Positions 1 through 10,249 of a stretch of DNA of 64,000 nt are shown piece after piece. The stretch covers positions 20,752,855 to 20,816,854 of the forward strand of contig OZ316893.1 in the NCBI GenBank assembly GCA_973895155.1. Direction: 5' to 3'. Below the pieces are notes generated by a model, which was not told the DNA's origin, made no database searches, and saw only the letters and a list, made by a program, of their open reading frames with translations. Both the position numbers and the translations under genes were made by a program. This stretch comes from Marsupella aquatica (lineage: Eukaryota > Plantae > Marchantiophyta). Each line of letters starts with the position of its first letter. Position 1 is the first letter of the stretch.

Positions 1-275
1 AAAGCGCTACCCCCTTTCTTCCGGCCCGGCGCCATTGCCTTTGCGTTGCAACCCAACGGTCCACCTTTGTCATGAGAACTAGAGAAAGAAATGACAGGGA
101 AGCAGGAAGGAGAGCCCCGACCTCCCTCTCCCTCACAAATTGATTTCCGACAAGAGCCCAATTCACTCTCACAAACAACAACGATGACGACGACGATGAA
201 AGTGATGCAAAAAACACCGCACACACCCCGGTGTTGCTCCTGCTGCTGCTGCTAGAAAGAACGTCAGTCAGAAAC

Positions 276-485
276 CTAACGTACGAACGCAATCCCCGGC
301 CAACAAACACGACCACCACACCACACCACGGGGAGGAACAGGAACACCACCCACCCGAACGGAACGACCAGCGACGACAACATCACCGATGGGGACGAAG
401 ACGCAGAACGACGACAAGCGCTGGAGGGCATAGCAGTAGCACCAGCAGCAGCAGCAGTAGTCCTATCCCGTTGCTCGAGCACCAT
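276..485 (-). other. Possible first exon (coding or 5' UTR) of a gene running off the left edge
   Basis: ATG at 485 opens a low-complexity frame followed by a hydrophobic stretch (LSSLVVPFGWVVFLFLPVVWC), with a possible donor GTACGT near 284. A GC-rich GGCCC-containing promoter-like block lies at about 900-970. No family recognised. Confidence 0.25.
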
Positions 486-1009
486 TCCGCCCCGCGAGGC
501 ATATGCAACACATAGGCCGACGAGAACCTCTACACTTTCTACACCACCAACAACATCTACACATCCGACTCAAATCCCCTCTACTCCTCCTCCTCCCTAC
601 CCAGTACTTCTCGCGGTCTTCTCTTCACAGATCGTTTGATTGTACGCACTTCTTCTTCATCACGCTAGGGTTGCCCATGCCATCCAGTAGGTGCTGGTCG
701 TGACAAAGTAGCAACAAAAACCTCGTTGGCCCGAACATATACACGCATGCTGCATATGCTTCTACACGAGACGAGGAGAGGAGAGAGGGGCGAAACAACG
801 GAGTTGGAAAACGCCATCCACAAAGCAGTACAGTAGCTACTAGAGTACTTACTACTCCTACTGTACTACTCCGCCCCGACTCCCCCCCGACTGTAACATG
901 CTCACGGAGTTCGAGCAGGGCCACCGGCCACGATGGCCCTCGGCCGGGTTGAGCGGGGCCAGGCGGGGCCGACGTGTCCTTCGTGTTTTCTTTTTCGTTT
1001 TTTCTCATT

Positions 1010-1561
1010 GACTTATTCAACTTTTATTGAACCTGTCCCACATACTACTCCATGTTACTAATGTGCTCTCAAAACAAAATTATTTACTCCATGTTACAAA
1101 TGTGCTCTCAAAACAAAATGATTTATCAATGCATCCTCATTTTGTATTTGGGTTTGTATTAACTTATATGTGGGTTCTCATTTCCATTGGCAAGTTGTTA
1201 CTGGCTAGACTTAAACCATCATGACACCCTAGTGTCCCCTTGTTCCGGGGCAGTCACAGGTTTTGGGAGGGGCAAAAACATTCAAATTTTTGCTCCACAC
1301 TCCCCTCACTAACACTCAACACTTTTGGCCCTCAGTTTTCCTCAAGGAAAGGAAACACAGTGGGGAAGGGGAAGCGGGGCCAAGGGGCACAACAGGTTAA
1401 GGCTAGCCAGTAGCAACTCACCACGTGGCAACAAGAACTCACACATGAGTTAATGTTAACCCAAATACAAAATGGGGGACGTGTTGATAAATAATTTTAC
1501 TTGGGGCCACATTAGTAGTATTGGATAGTTTGAGGGACAGGTAGTAAAAAGCTGTTTAGTC
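1010..1561. mobile_element. Long-TIR MITE / non-autonomous Mutator-like foldback element
   Basis: About 1021-1218 is an imperfect inverted repeat of about 1396-1550 (ACCTGTCCC...CATTTTGTATTTGGGTT...TACTGGCTAG versus CTAGCCAGTA...AACCCAAATACAAAATG...GGGACAGGT). The left arm has an internal ~39-bp duplication. No clear TSD. Confidence 0.65.
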
Positions 1562-2751
1562 ATTTGAAGAAAAGACAGCAAAGTAAAACTGAAATCCCCA
1601 TGGACCCCAAAGTTCACTGACTTACTCTTCATGAATGTCCTCCTAAATTACCATTGTATGTCCTTACATGATCAAATTGAGCATGTGATTTGGAAATGAT
1701 TCAGTAGTGTAAATTCATTGCACTCTATACCCTTGGGAGCTAACTTGCTGTATATTTTGGGACACCAGGCACAATCATGGGCTAGTGTAAGATCAACTTC
1801 TTTCATAAGAAAATGCATTCTAGGAATATTCCAAGTTTAATGACATGTTTTAGTTTATAAAGGGTTTGAGAATACCTTATTTTACCATCTAGGGTTATAA
1901 GAGCAATCGCTACACAACTAAAAAGTATAAATTTTGAATCCATTGCACATGGTTGATTCTGGAAGTCAATACCATATTATCCAGAATAATAATCATAATG
2001 TATAGTGGTTATCCTCCCTTATTTCAAACATAGGGCAGAGCCATTAGTTTTACTATAGCTTAGTAGAAACAAGTTAGCAATAGCTTAGGTCTGAGATAAT
2101 AGTACAACAGGTAACAACTAAAGAAGGTGAAAATGCTTGGTGATCAGCCATGCACACCACTCCCACTCTTCTTGCCAAATGCATTGCGGGGGGAGTAACT
2201 ATAGCAGTGAAATGGTTTGCTACCATGCCACAAGAATTCCAACAACATCAGAGATTTAATAGTACCCCTGAGATTAAAGACCCGTCAAAAGTGATCAAGT
2301 TTCCTGGTACTATGTACTATTTCATGGAAAGTCTTAGATTGACTAATAGCGACGACAAAAACAATAATACTCTTTATGTTACATAACACAACATGGTTTC
2401 TCTCAACTCATTGAAGTGGTGTGCAGAATTTTGGCCACAAGAATTGGTGGAGACAGATTCCACTTTGGCATTCTAATCACATTGTCACACTCTCAGACTA
2501 AGAGTGCCTTACCACAGAGCAATTGACAAAACTAAGTGCACCAAGCAAGAAGTAGAAGTGCTAGCAAGTATAAAATAGATTCAAGGTACTAACAAGCATA
2601 AAATACATACTTGGAACGTTCACTGTAAAGAGTGCAACCCAGGCAAAGCCCATCACTTACCTTACCTTGCTTGGACCCCACTTTAGATCCAAAATTGTTG
2701 GTGAAGCAACCATGTTGAAGGTGTCACTCTGAATATTTGTCGCTCTGATAT

Positions 2752-4890
2752 TGTAACCGTATAGATATATGTAGACAGTTTAGGTTGCCTTCGTTACGTT
2801 AGTTAGCTCTATTGGAGAAGTCCGCGCTCGAGACAAAAGTGGCACCTGGAAGTTCCTCAAAAGTATTAAATGATGTAGGGCTTGGGACCCTCCATTCAAG
2901 TGTCGTTGAATTCTGTTCAACAGCCCAGGGACTTCGTTCCGAAATATCATTCAAATTCAATGACACCTAGCTTGCTGTCATTTTTCTTCCACGTAGTTAG
3001 ATGCCGCAGTTTTTCTTCGACCTACTTAGATGTACGTTGCAGCTATTGACTTTCACACTTGGTTGCCAGCAAGTCCACGCCCTGCACATTCCACCTTAGT
3101 TGGGCTGCGCCTCAATGTGCTCTGGTCCCTCTGTGCTCCTGTTGTTGCAATTAATGAATCGATCGCAAATCTTTGAGAGCAGATCTGAGTCTTGTGTGCA
3201 TGCATTTTATGCCTCATGTGTGAGTGTGTTTGTAGTTTCACAGGTTATGGGAAGTTTTCAACTCCAACTACAATTCACATTGTTCTATCTCAATAGTCAA
3301 TTTTACTCTCCTGATCTCTTTGTATCACCTCGATCCAATTTGTCCAAGTTCTACATTTCTTTCTCTCCAAGTCTAGAATCTCCTTTTTGTTTGGTTTTGA
3401 TGGGTAGTACTTCCATTGACTACAACAGCCACCTCATAGCAAAGCTCTAAAGTAGTCAGAATTTCTCCACATGGAAAATTCTATGCACTTCAACCCTCAA
3501 GGCTTCAAGTGCCTGGAAGTTCATCGACGCTACTGCAATAGAACCAGTCAAGGATGATGTTGAGAAAGAGTATCAGTTTGCTGAAGCCTGGAACTTTATC
3601 ACTCTTGTGTTGACCAAGCTTGCACTTGTCAACTTGCAAACCTCACATTCAACAAACACTAGCTTGCGTACATTGCATCAACAAAGGATTGTTGGGACAA
3701 GGTCCTAGCAATGTAAGATGCAAAAGGCCTTATTCATCTCCAGCACATCTGGGCTGGATTTGTGCATTGTACTTACCAAGGCGAAGATATTGAGGATTTG
3801 TGTGCAAAATTCTGTGCCAATGTTGATAAATGCCACACTGCAGGCATTACTACTCAAGAGAAGATTCAAGTGCTACATTTTGTTACCATTCTTGATTCTC
3901 ATTTCGAACATTGGATTGCCAACAAGAGGGAACAGATGCACCCTGATTCCACTAATCTTCCTACCTTGAACTCATTGATTAACGAAGTCGTGGATGAGTC
4001 TTGTATGAGCAGGGAACGTACTGCTCTTCAAGCGATGACAAATTGTGCATCTCCTCGTTGGCTCTTTAGTGAGTATGGAGAAAATCCCTTAGTTACCTAT
4101 TAATATGGGTAATGGCTCCGTGACCTCACTAGGATAAGGAGTCATCCACTTGATGGTTTGGAGATCCAAAGGTGACTACAAACGAGTCTCACTATCCAAT
4201 GTGCACTACACGCCCTCAAGTTTTCTTAACAAAATTTTGGAAGATATCCTTGAGCAACATGGTGTCAGCTGGCGTAGTGAACTCCAACAATTCATTCATC
4301 TACCGTCAGGCACAAAGTTTGCTGGAGTGAAGAAGCAAAATGGTCCCACAATGCTTGATGTTCATATTCCTCTTTCCTCACGGTGTCATGCCATTTTACT
4401 TCCCCAATATGTGCTTGATCTCAACATCTTACATAGACCTTGACACATCTACACATTGATGGCATCATACAACTCTCACGTAAGCAACATTTTTCAATAA
4501 ATGTTAATGTTCCATTTCTTCCTTGCCAAGCATGCTCTTTAGCAAAACCTACCAAGATTATTTGCCGTATTGCACATGAGCGCACTACTTGGCCATTCCA
4601 ATGCATTCATGTGGACTTGTGTGGAAAGATGACTACTACCGACATTGGACGCAAACACTACTTCTAGTTGCCTCGCTTGTTGTTCATTGATGATTTTCCC
4701 GCTATTGATGGGCGGTAAGTCTTTTAGACAAAGGTAAAGTATTCTTGGCACTACAACACTTTTTCAAATTTGTCCACACTCAATATCAATCTAACATCTC
4801 TGAGCTTTAGATTGACAATCGTACCAAGGTTGGAGGCAAACAACTCATTGAGTTTTTGGAGAATTGTGGATGTCTTCTCATCTTGTTGGC
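2752..4890 (+). mobile_element. Degenerate Ty1/copia LTR retrotransposon (putative 5' LTR, gag, pre-integrase, integrase start)
   Basis: Gag N-terminus-like KL*SSQNFSTWKILCTSTLKASSAWKFID at about 3440-3530. CQACSLAK and PFQCIHVDLCGKM at about 4520-4635 match copia gag-pre-integrase and integrase core. Many stops and frameshifts. Putative LTR end ...TTTCACA at 3242 is followed by GGTTATGGG. The LTR start is uncertain. Confidence 0.75.
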
Positions 4891-5094
4891 ACTACAGGTA
4901 AAACGGGAAAATTTGGTTTTACCCGACAATTTCTAACCTAGTGTCTAGTGATAATGCCCCCTGTACTGTAGGTTGTCAAGTGCATTTTCCCTCTACCCAA
5001 CACTGGCATGTTGTACAAATCAAACTGATAATGCCCCTTGTAGGTTGTCAAGTGAATTGTCTCTCTCCCAAACATTGCACGGTGAACAAATCAT

Positions 5095-6420
5095 ACAACC
5101 AAAACAACAACTAATGTCTTAAAGATCCTAGGAACCAACTTCAGGTAAACCCACAGTTAGGAGGACCTCTTTCCCCTTCAATGCTTCAATGCTTAGCCCA
5201 AGAAAGATGTAAAAGGAAACCATAGCTAAGCACCTACAGTAAGCCTTGTCATGAAAGAATTGATTCAAAACAACAGAATAACATGAGTACTGCCTAATTT
5301 ACATCTTATTATTAGGATTAACTCTTAGGTCTAGAGTTACGACTGTACCGCAATTATGGCTAGCCTTAGTCGCATACTAGGTTAGGTTAGTCATGCTATG
5401 CATACACTATACCCAAATGGTGTTTACTTGGATAGTGGAAACTCAGGCTCATTGTTGTGGAGCCAGTTGCGAGATAGGGAGAGCTTGTGTTGTGGATGTT
5501 TGGTATGGTCGGTTGGCCTAGAATGCAATAAAATTCTTGTATATTCTCATGGACGTAGCCTCATGAGGAGATGAACCATCTCTTGGAGTTGATTACTTGT
5601 GCGTTGTATGATTTATGGGTTTGTTGGTTGCGATTATTGTCTATGCTCAACACTTATTAGTAAAGTGCAATTGAAACCTACTCTTCAAGTTTATTGGCTT
5701 AGAAACCTCTAGACCGGTGACTCTAAAGGATAATTCAAGGTGCATATAGAAAACAAAGATGGAGGCAAAGAGGGACCCAAAATGAGTAAATTGTTTTGAC
5801 AAAATGTGACCTTGCACTTGAGGTGACTTTACCAAGAAAGTTCCACCAAAGTTTTGACAAAATAGTCTTACAGAATTTTTTACAGAATGTTTTACAGGGA
5901 ACATGGATGAATGAGAAATAATCATTAATTTTTTTTGCAAGATTTTCTGGTCTCATATCTACTTACACTCTAAGGGGATAATTGAAAGTGCATAAAGAAG
6001 CACGGATTGGGGCAAAGATGAACACTAAATAATGGGTTTTCTTTGTTGTTGTTAAGATTTATTGGTCTCATCTCCATTTTTGAAGGGGTAATCAGGCTAG
6101 TACTGGAGTAGTCCCTATCTTCCAAAGATTTTGCAGCTCAACAGATCCAACAGATGGAAACAACCGAAACAACAGATAATGTCATAAAGACCCTACAGGT
6201 AAATCCACAGTTTGGATGACCTCTTTTCCTTCAACATTTCAAGGCTTAGCCCAAAGCATAGGTCGAAGGAAGCCATAGCTAAGCACTTACAGTAGGACTG
6301 GCTGTGAAAGAATTGATGCACAGTAACGGATTAACATCGAGTACTGTCTAATGTACATACTACAGGATTGCATATCTTTCCTGAGATTTTGCAGCTCAAC
6401 AGATCCATCAATTGGAATAA
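5095..6420. repeat. Diverged direct repeats downstream of the UGT gene
   Basis: About 5100-5305 resembles about 6160-6360 (CAGGTAAA.CCACAGTT.G...CCATAGCTAAGCAC.TACAGTA...GAAAGAATTGAT). AGATTTTGCAGCTCAACAGATCCA occurs near 6126 and 6384. About 5720-5790 resembles about 5968-6035. Confidence 0.65.
5310..5652 (+). mobile_element. Solo LTR (copia-type)
   Basis: Runs TATTAGG...CTCAACA and is flanked by a perfect 5-bp TSD CTTAT (5305-5309 and 5653-5657). Contains a U5-like TGGACGTAGCCTC...GAACCA motif. Confidence 0.7.
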
Positions 6421-6602
6421 TATCGACACAAACGCCCCCTCAGAAATTCTGCGCTTGCTGTGCAGTTTGATGAAGAGTGATGATCAATTCCAACAGTGGT
6501 CTAAAAGAAGTGGATGGATCCTTGCTCAAAGCTTTCTCTGACGAGAAGTATGCTGATCTGCGTGCACAGAGATCGATCAATGTGTGCGTGTGTTCGGACA
6601 GT

Positions 6603-8087
6603 TTAGTTCAATTGATTTGGAGACAATGAGCAAGAACTGATAGCCTCGACGAGTTCCTGAAGAAATCTCGATTGAGATCCGCCCCCGCCCATTGCTGCTG
6701 TGGCCTTCCTTTTGAGCTCCTCTGCCCTGCTTCTCATTGCTCTCCCTTCCGAGTCTACCATCACACGGCGCACTGCCCTCTCGACCTCGTTCCGCTTCAC
6801 ACTGTTCCCTTCTCCTGTTTGAAGGTGTTCGGCAACCTCCAGATTGTGGACCAGATATGTGCAATTGAGATACTGCTCTGCGCACTGCGGCCAAACGATC
6901 ATCGGTAGCCCAAAGCTGACGCTTTCTAGAGAGGAATTCCACCCGCAGTGAGTCATGAATCCACCCGTAGATGAATGAGCTAGGATTTTCAACTGAGGTG
7001 CCCAGCCAGTCACGATAAGACCACGATCACCTACTCGTCCTTGGAAACCTGGTGGAAGAACTTCGGTAATCGAGGAGGGCGACTCTGACTCCGAGTGACT
7101 GTTCTTCAGTGGACACACCCACAAGAACCGCTGGTTGCTGGCCTCCAGTCCATAGGCCAGTTCTTCCGTCTGCTCTCGACTGAGGTTGACCTTGCTTCCG
7201 AAAGCTACATAGAGGACCGAAGCGGAAGGCTGGGAGTCGAGCCAACGTAGGCAGTTGGTGCCTGGATCTTGTAATCCATTAACGTTGCTCGAATTTGGGA
7301 GGTCCGTCATCGAGAATAGGGGACCGATAGGGTAAATCTTGGGCGTCACCTTGATGTGCTCATCATGTCCAAGGTGCCCCCAATTTTCGAACGATTCAAT
7401 TACCTTCTCTTCCAGCTCAAAGAACGAATTGACTAGAACGCCGTCTGACTTCCTCATTGACTCAGCGATTTGCCGGTACGAAGAAGGGTTTCTTCGGATA
7501 ACATTGTCGAGTTCAGAGAAACGCAAACGAGGAAGACCAGGGATACAAACTGTCCAATCAAATTCAACTAGCTTGCCATCCGTTTCTGAGATTTGAAATT
7601 GGCCACGCTCGAAATAGACTAGAGAGCCTTGGATTGACCTCGCAAAGATTACTCCCGATGGGATAAACACATATCTTGGAACTTGCAATTTCTCGGCTAC
7701 ATCCAAACACCAGGGGAGAAACATATCCCAGATTATGCACGTAGGACCCAAAGCGCCCGCGTTCTTATCACGAATCAGTTTCTCCATGATCGGCTCCAAA
7801 GCAGCTTTCATCAAATGTTTCCTTGTAGACCCTACCACCTCTATGCAAGGTAGATGCAGAGTGACGAACCGGAAATTGGGAATTTGCAATTCCGGCGATG
7901 AATCATCATGTCCCGACGAAGTAAGGCGCGGAATCGAGTCCTCGTTGCATACAAAGGAGACGGTGATGCCTTTGAGGGCTAGCTGAGTCGAGAATCTCAG
8001 CATCGGAGTCACATGTCCCACCAACGGGTACGAGATGGCGAGCACATGTGGAGGAGCAGCAGCATGATCGCCAAAGTGAGACGACAT
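6603..8087 (-). CDS. Family-1 UDP-glycosyltransferase (plant secondary-product UGT), intronless, 494 aa
   Basis: Complete PSPG box WAPQLKILAHSSTGGFMTHCGWNSSLESVSFGLPMIVWPQCAEQ, N-terminal catalytic His (YPLVGHVTPM), IIWDMFLPW Asp, WLDSQPSASVLYVAFGS motif. Confidence 0.97.
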   Translation of the reverse strand: MSSHFGDHAAAPPHVLAISYPLVGHVTPMLRFSTQLALKGITVSFVCNEDSIPRLTSSGHDDSSPELQIPNFRFVTLHLPCIEVVGSTRKHLMKAALEPIMEKLIRDKNAGALGPTCIIWDMFLPWCLDVAEKLQVPRYVFIPSGVIFARSIQGSLVYFERGQFQISETDGKLVEFDWTVCIPGLPRLRFSELDNVIRRNPSSYRQIAESMRKSDGVLVNSFFELEEKVIESFENWGHLGHDEHIKVTPKIYPIGPLFSMTDLPNSSNVNGLQDPGTNCLRWLDSQPSASVLYVAFGSKVNLSREQTEELAYGLEASNQRFLWVCPLKNSHSESESPSSITEVLPPGFQGRVGDRGLIVTGWAPQLKILAHSSTGGFMTHCGWNSSLESVSFGLPMIVWPQCAEQYLNCTYLVHNLEVAEHLQTGEGNSVKRNEVERAVRRVMVDSEGRAMRSRAEELKRKATAAMGGGGSQSRFLQELVEAISSCSLSPNQLN

Positions 8088-8519
8088 GTCTCGAAAGCAA
8101 TTCGATCGCTGTCTATGAGCTTTGTCGAATACAGAGGGAGCAATTGGGATTTTTTTTTGCCAAGCTTGATCACGGCTGCATCTTCAGAAGAAGTCTTCAT
8201 ACCCCCACTATTTTGGAGCCTTGGGTTCTCGCTGAACTGGATTTCGTGATGAATGACTACAGCAGACAACACCACCGACATGAAGAGTTCAGCACTATTC
8301 CTTGTGATGGACCAAAACGAGGTACAATAATAGGTTCGTGCAGGCAGGCTTTAATTTATACTCGGGAAACGAGTGAAGAGAATTGGCCAGCAAGCAGCCA
8401 GAATATGATATGGTCTACACTCTATGGTAAAGCTCTGTCACGAGGGAGGCCTTTTAGGCGTATATACCATCTAGATTGCAATGTGAGTGCTGGGGGGCAA
8501 ATAATTGATAGTCAATTTT

Positions 8520-8805
8520 GGAAAAGGGGTGTTTGGAATCATTTGCATTAGTCAGTACCCATGGGAAGCTCCTTCTGAAATCCCTGGTAACGAATGCTTG
8601 TGTTAATTTGCATTGGTTGGTACTCATGGAAAGCTCCTTCTAAAAAATCCCAGGTAACACATTCTTATGTTAATTTTGGGACGGGTGTTTGGAACCCATT
8701 CAATTGGTTAGGACCCCATGGGAAGCTCCTTCAAAAAATCCTGGTAATAAATTCTTCAGTGTGGGATCCCCATGGGTAGTTCTTTCCTAAAGTCCTGGAA
8801 ACATG
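8520..8805. repeat. Degenerate tandem repeat (about 4 copies) in the UGT upstream region
   Basis: Core CCCATGGGAAGCTCCTTC.AAAATCCC.GGTAA recurs at about 8558, 8623, 8715 and 8769. Confidence 0.7.
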
Positions 8806-10249
8806 TGCAGCCATACTAGCATTATTGCTCACGAAAAGATAGGTTACTGTAAGTATTAAAAACCTTATCTCAGCACTAATTATCACAAACATCAAGAAAG
8901 ACTATTGTACAAGAAAGGCTATTATAATTGTAAAAGAACCAAATCTGATTAATGTTGGAGACAAGACAAAGAAAAATAATTAGACCCCACAAAGCAAAGA
9001 TAAACCACTAGACAATTAAGAGTAAACTTAGTGGAAACTTATTTTTGTGTTTCCAATTGGATGAGAGATTGAGATTTGGGAACAAAATCCTCTGGTCTAC
9101 TGTGGTGCTCCGTAGAGGTTTGAGTTTGGTCTGTTGTGGTGCTCAGCGGAGGTTTGAGCTGTTCACCTATGGATCTTCTAGGTGACACAGGGCGATGCTG
9201 ACAACCCATAAAAAAGCAACTATACGAAATAATTGTTACTGAGTAATTATTTGCCTATCCGTACTGACACTCGAAGAATAATCCACTTAGTGAATGATAA
9301 AAGGCTCACAGGATTTGCAACGATTTTGTACCATCCGTCGAATTGATAGACTCAACACCGCTGTTCCAGCCATAGTTAAAACTCCTGTCTGGGTCAAACC
9401 CTAAAGTTTTACATCCATTGCTGAGAGTCAAGAGCTAAACGGGTCCTGAAGTGATAGTGCTACAAGCGAGTGAATTTTTCGGGCTCTCAGGTCGAGAAGA
9501 GAACAGCCGAAGCATAAGATTATGACCTAGGGTAGTTCTGACGCACATAACTCGATGCTAGTAATGTGGTGAAAGGTTCATATTTAAGCTCCGCTCGAAT
9601 TTATTGAGCGACAACCTGGAAGGTAATTTAGCGCAATCACATGTACTTTTAGGATTGGCTGGTCACGTTGATAATTTGAAGCCTGTAAAGTGACAGAACT
9701 TTTGTGTGTTATGGTTGGCAAAGGTATATCCGACTATACTTGCGCACAGCTGTGATACAAAAATTGACGCTTATAGGACTTGAGAATTTTCAGTTTCATC
9801 AATTTGCCTTCGTTCAATAGTACTGAAAAATGTGAGAACGAGCTTTGATTAGGCCAGCTAAGGCACCCTTTCGATATATGAATGTATCAAACTGGAATCG
9901 ATATCATTATGAATTGTTGAAGTTGAACTGGTAGGACTGGTTGTGTCTGCGAATGTTCAGGAGGGCATTCAAATTAGACAGCACAAATGTGATAAGGGAT
10001 ATTGAGTGTGCTCAAAAACATTTCTGAAGAAAGTAACTTTCATTATATACAGTGACGAAATTGCTGGAAATTTATCATTTTGTTTCTTAGATGCAATGGA
10101 TGATTGAGTATCACGTGTAAACTAATCCTGAGTATCAGTCTATAAACATGAAACAGCAACGGTTTATGTAGTCAAACATTTAATCATGGGGAAGAATTCC
10201 AAAACTGGAGGGCCGCTCAATTCTATCTGCTTGGCATCTACACACCTCG

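Noticed and set aside
2100-2560. Short ORF 2150-2386
   Set aside because: No recognisable motif or splice support; probably decayed repeat sequence.
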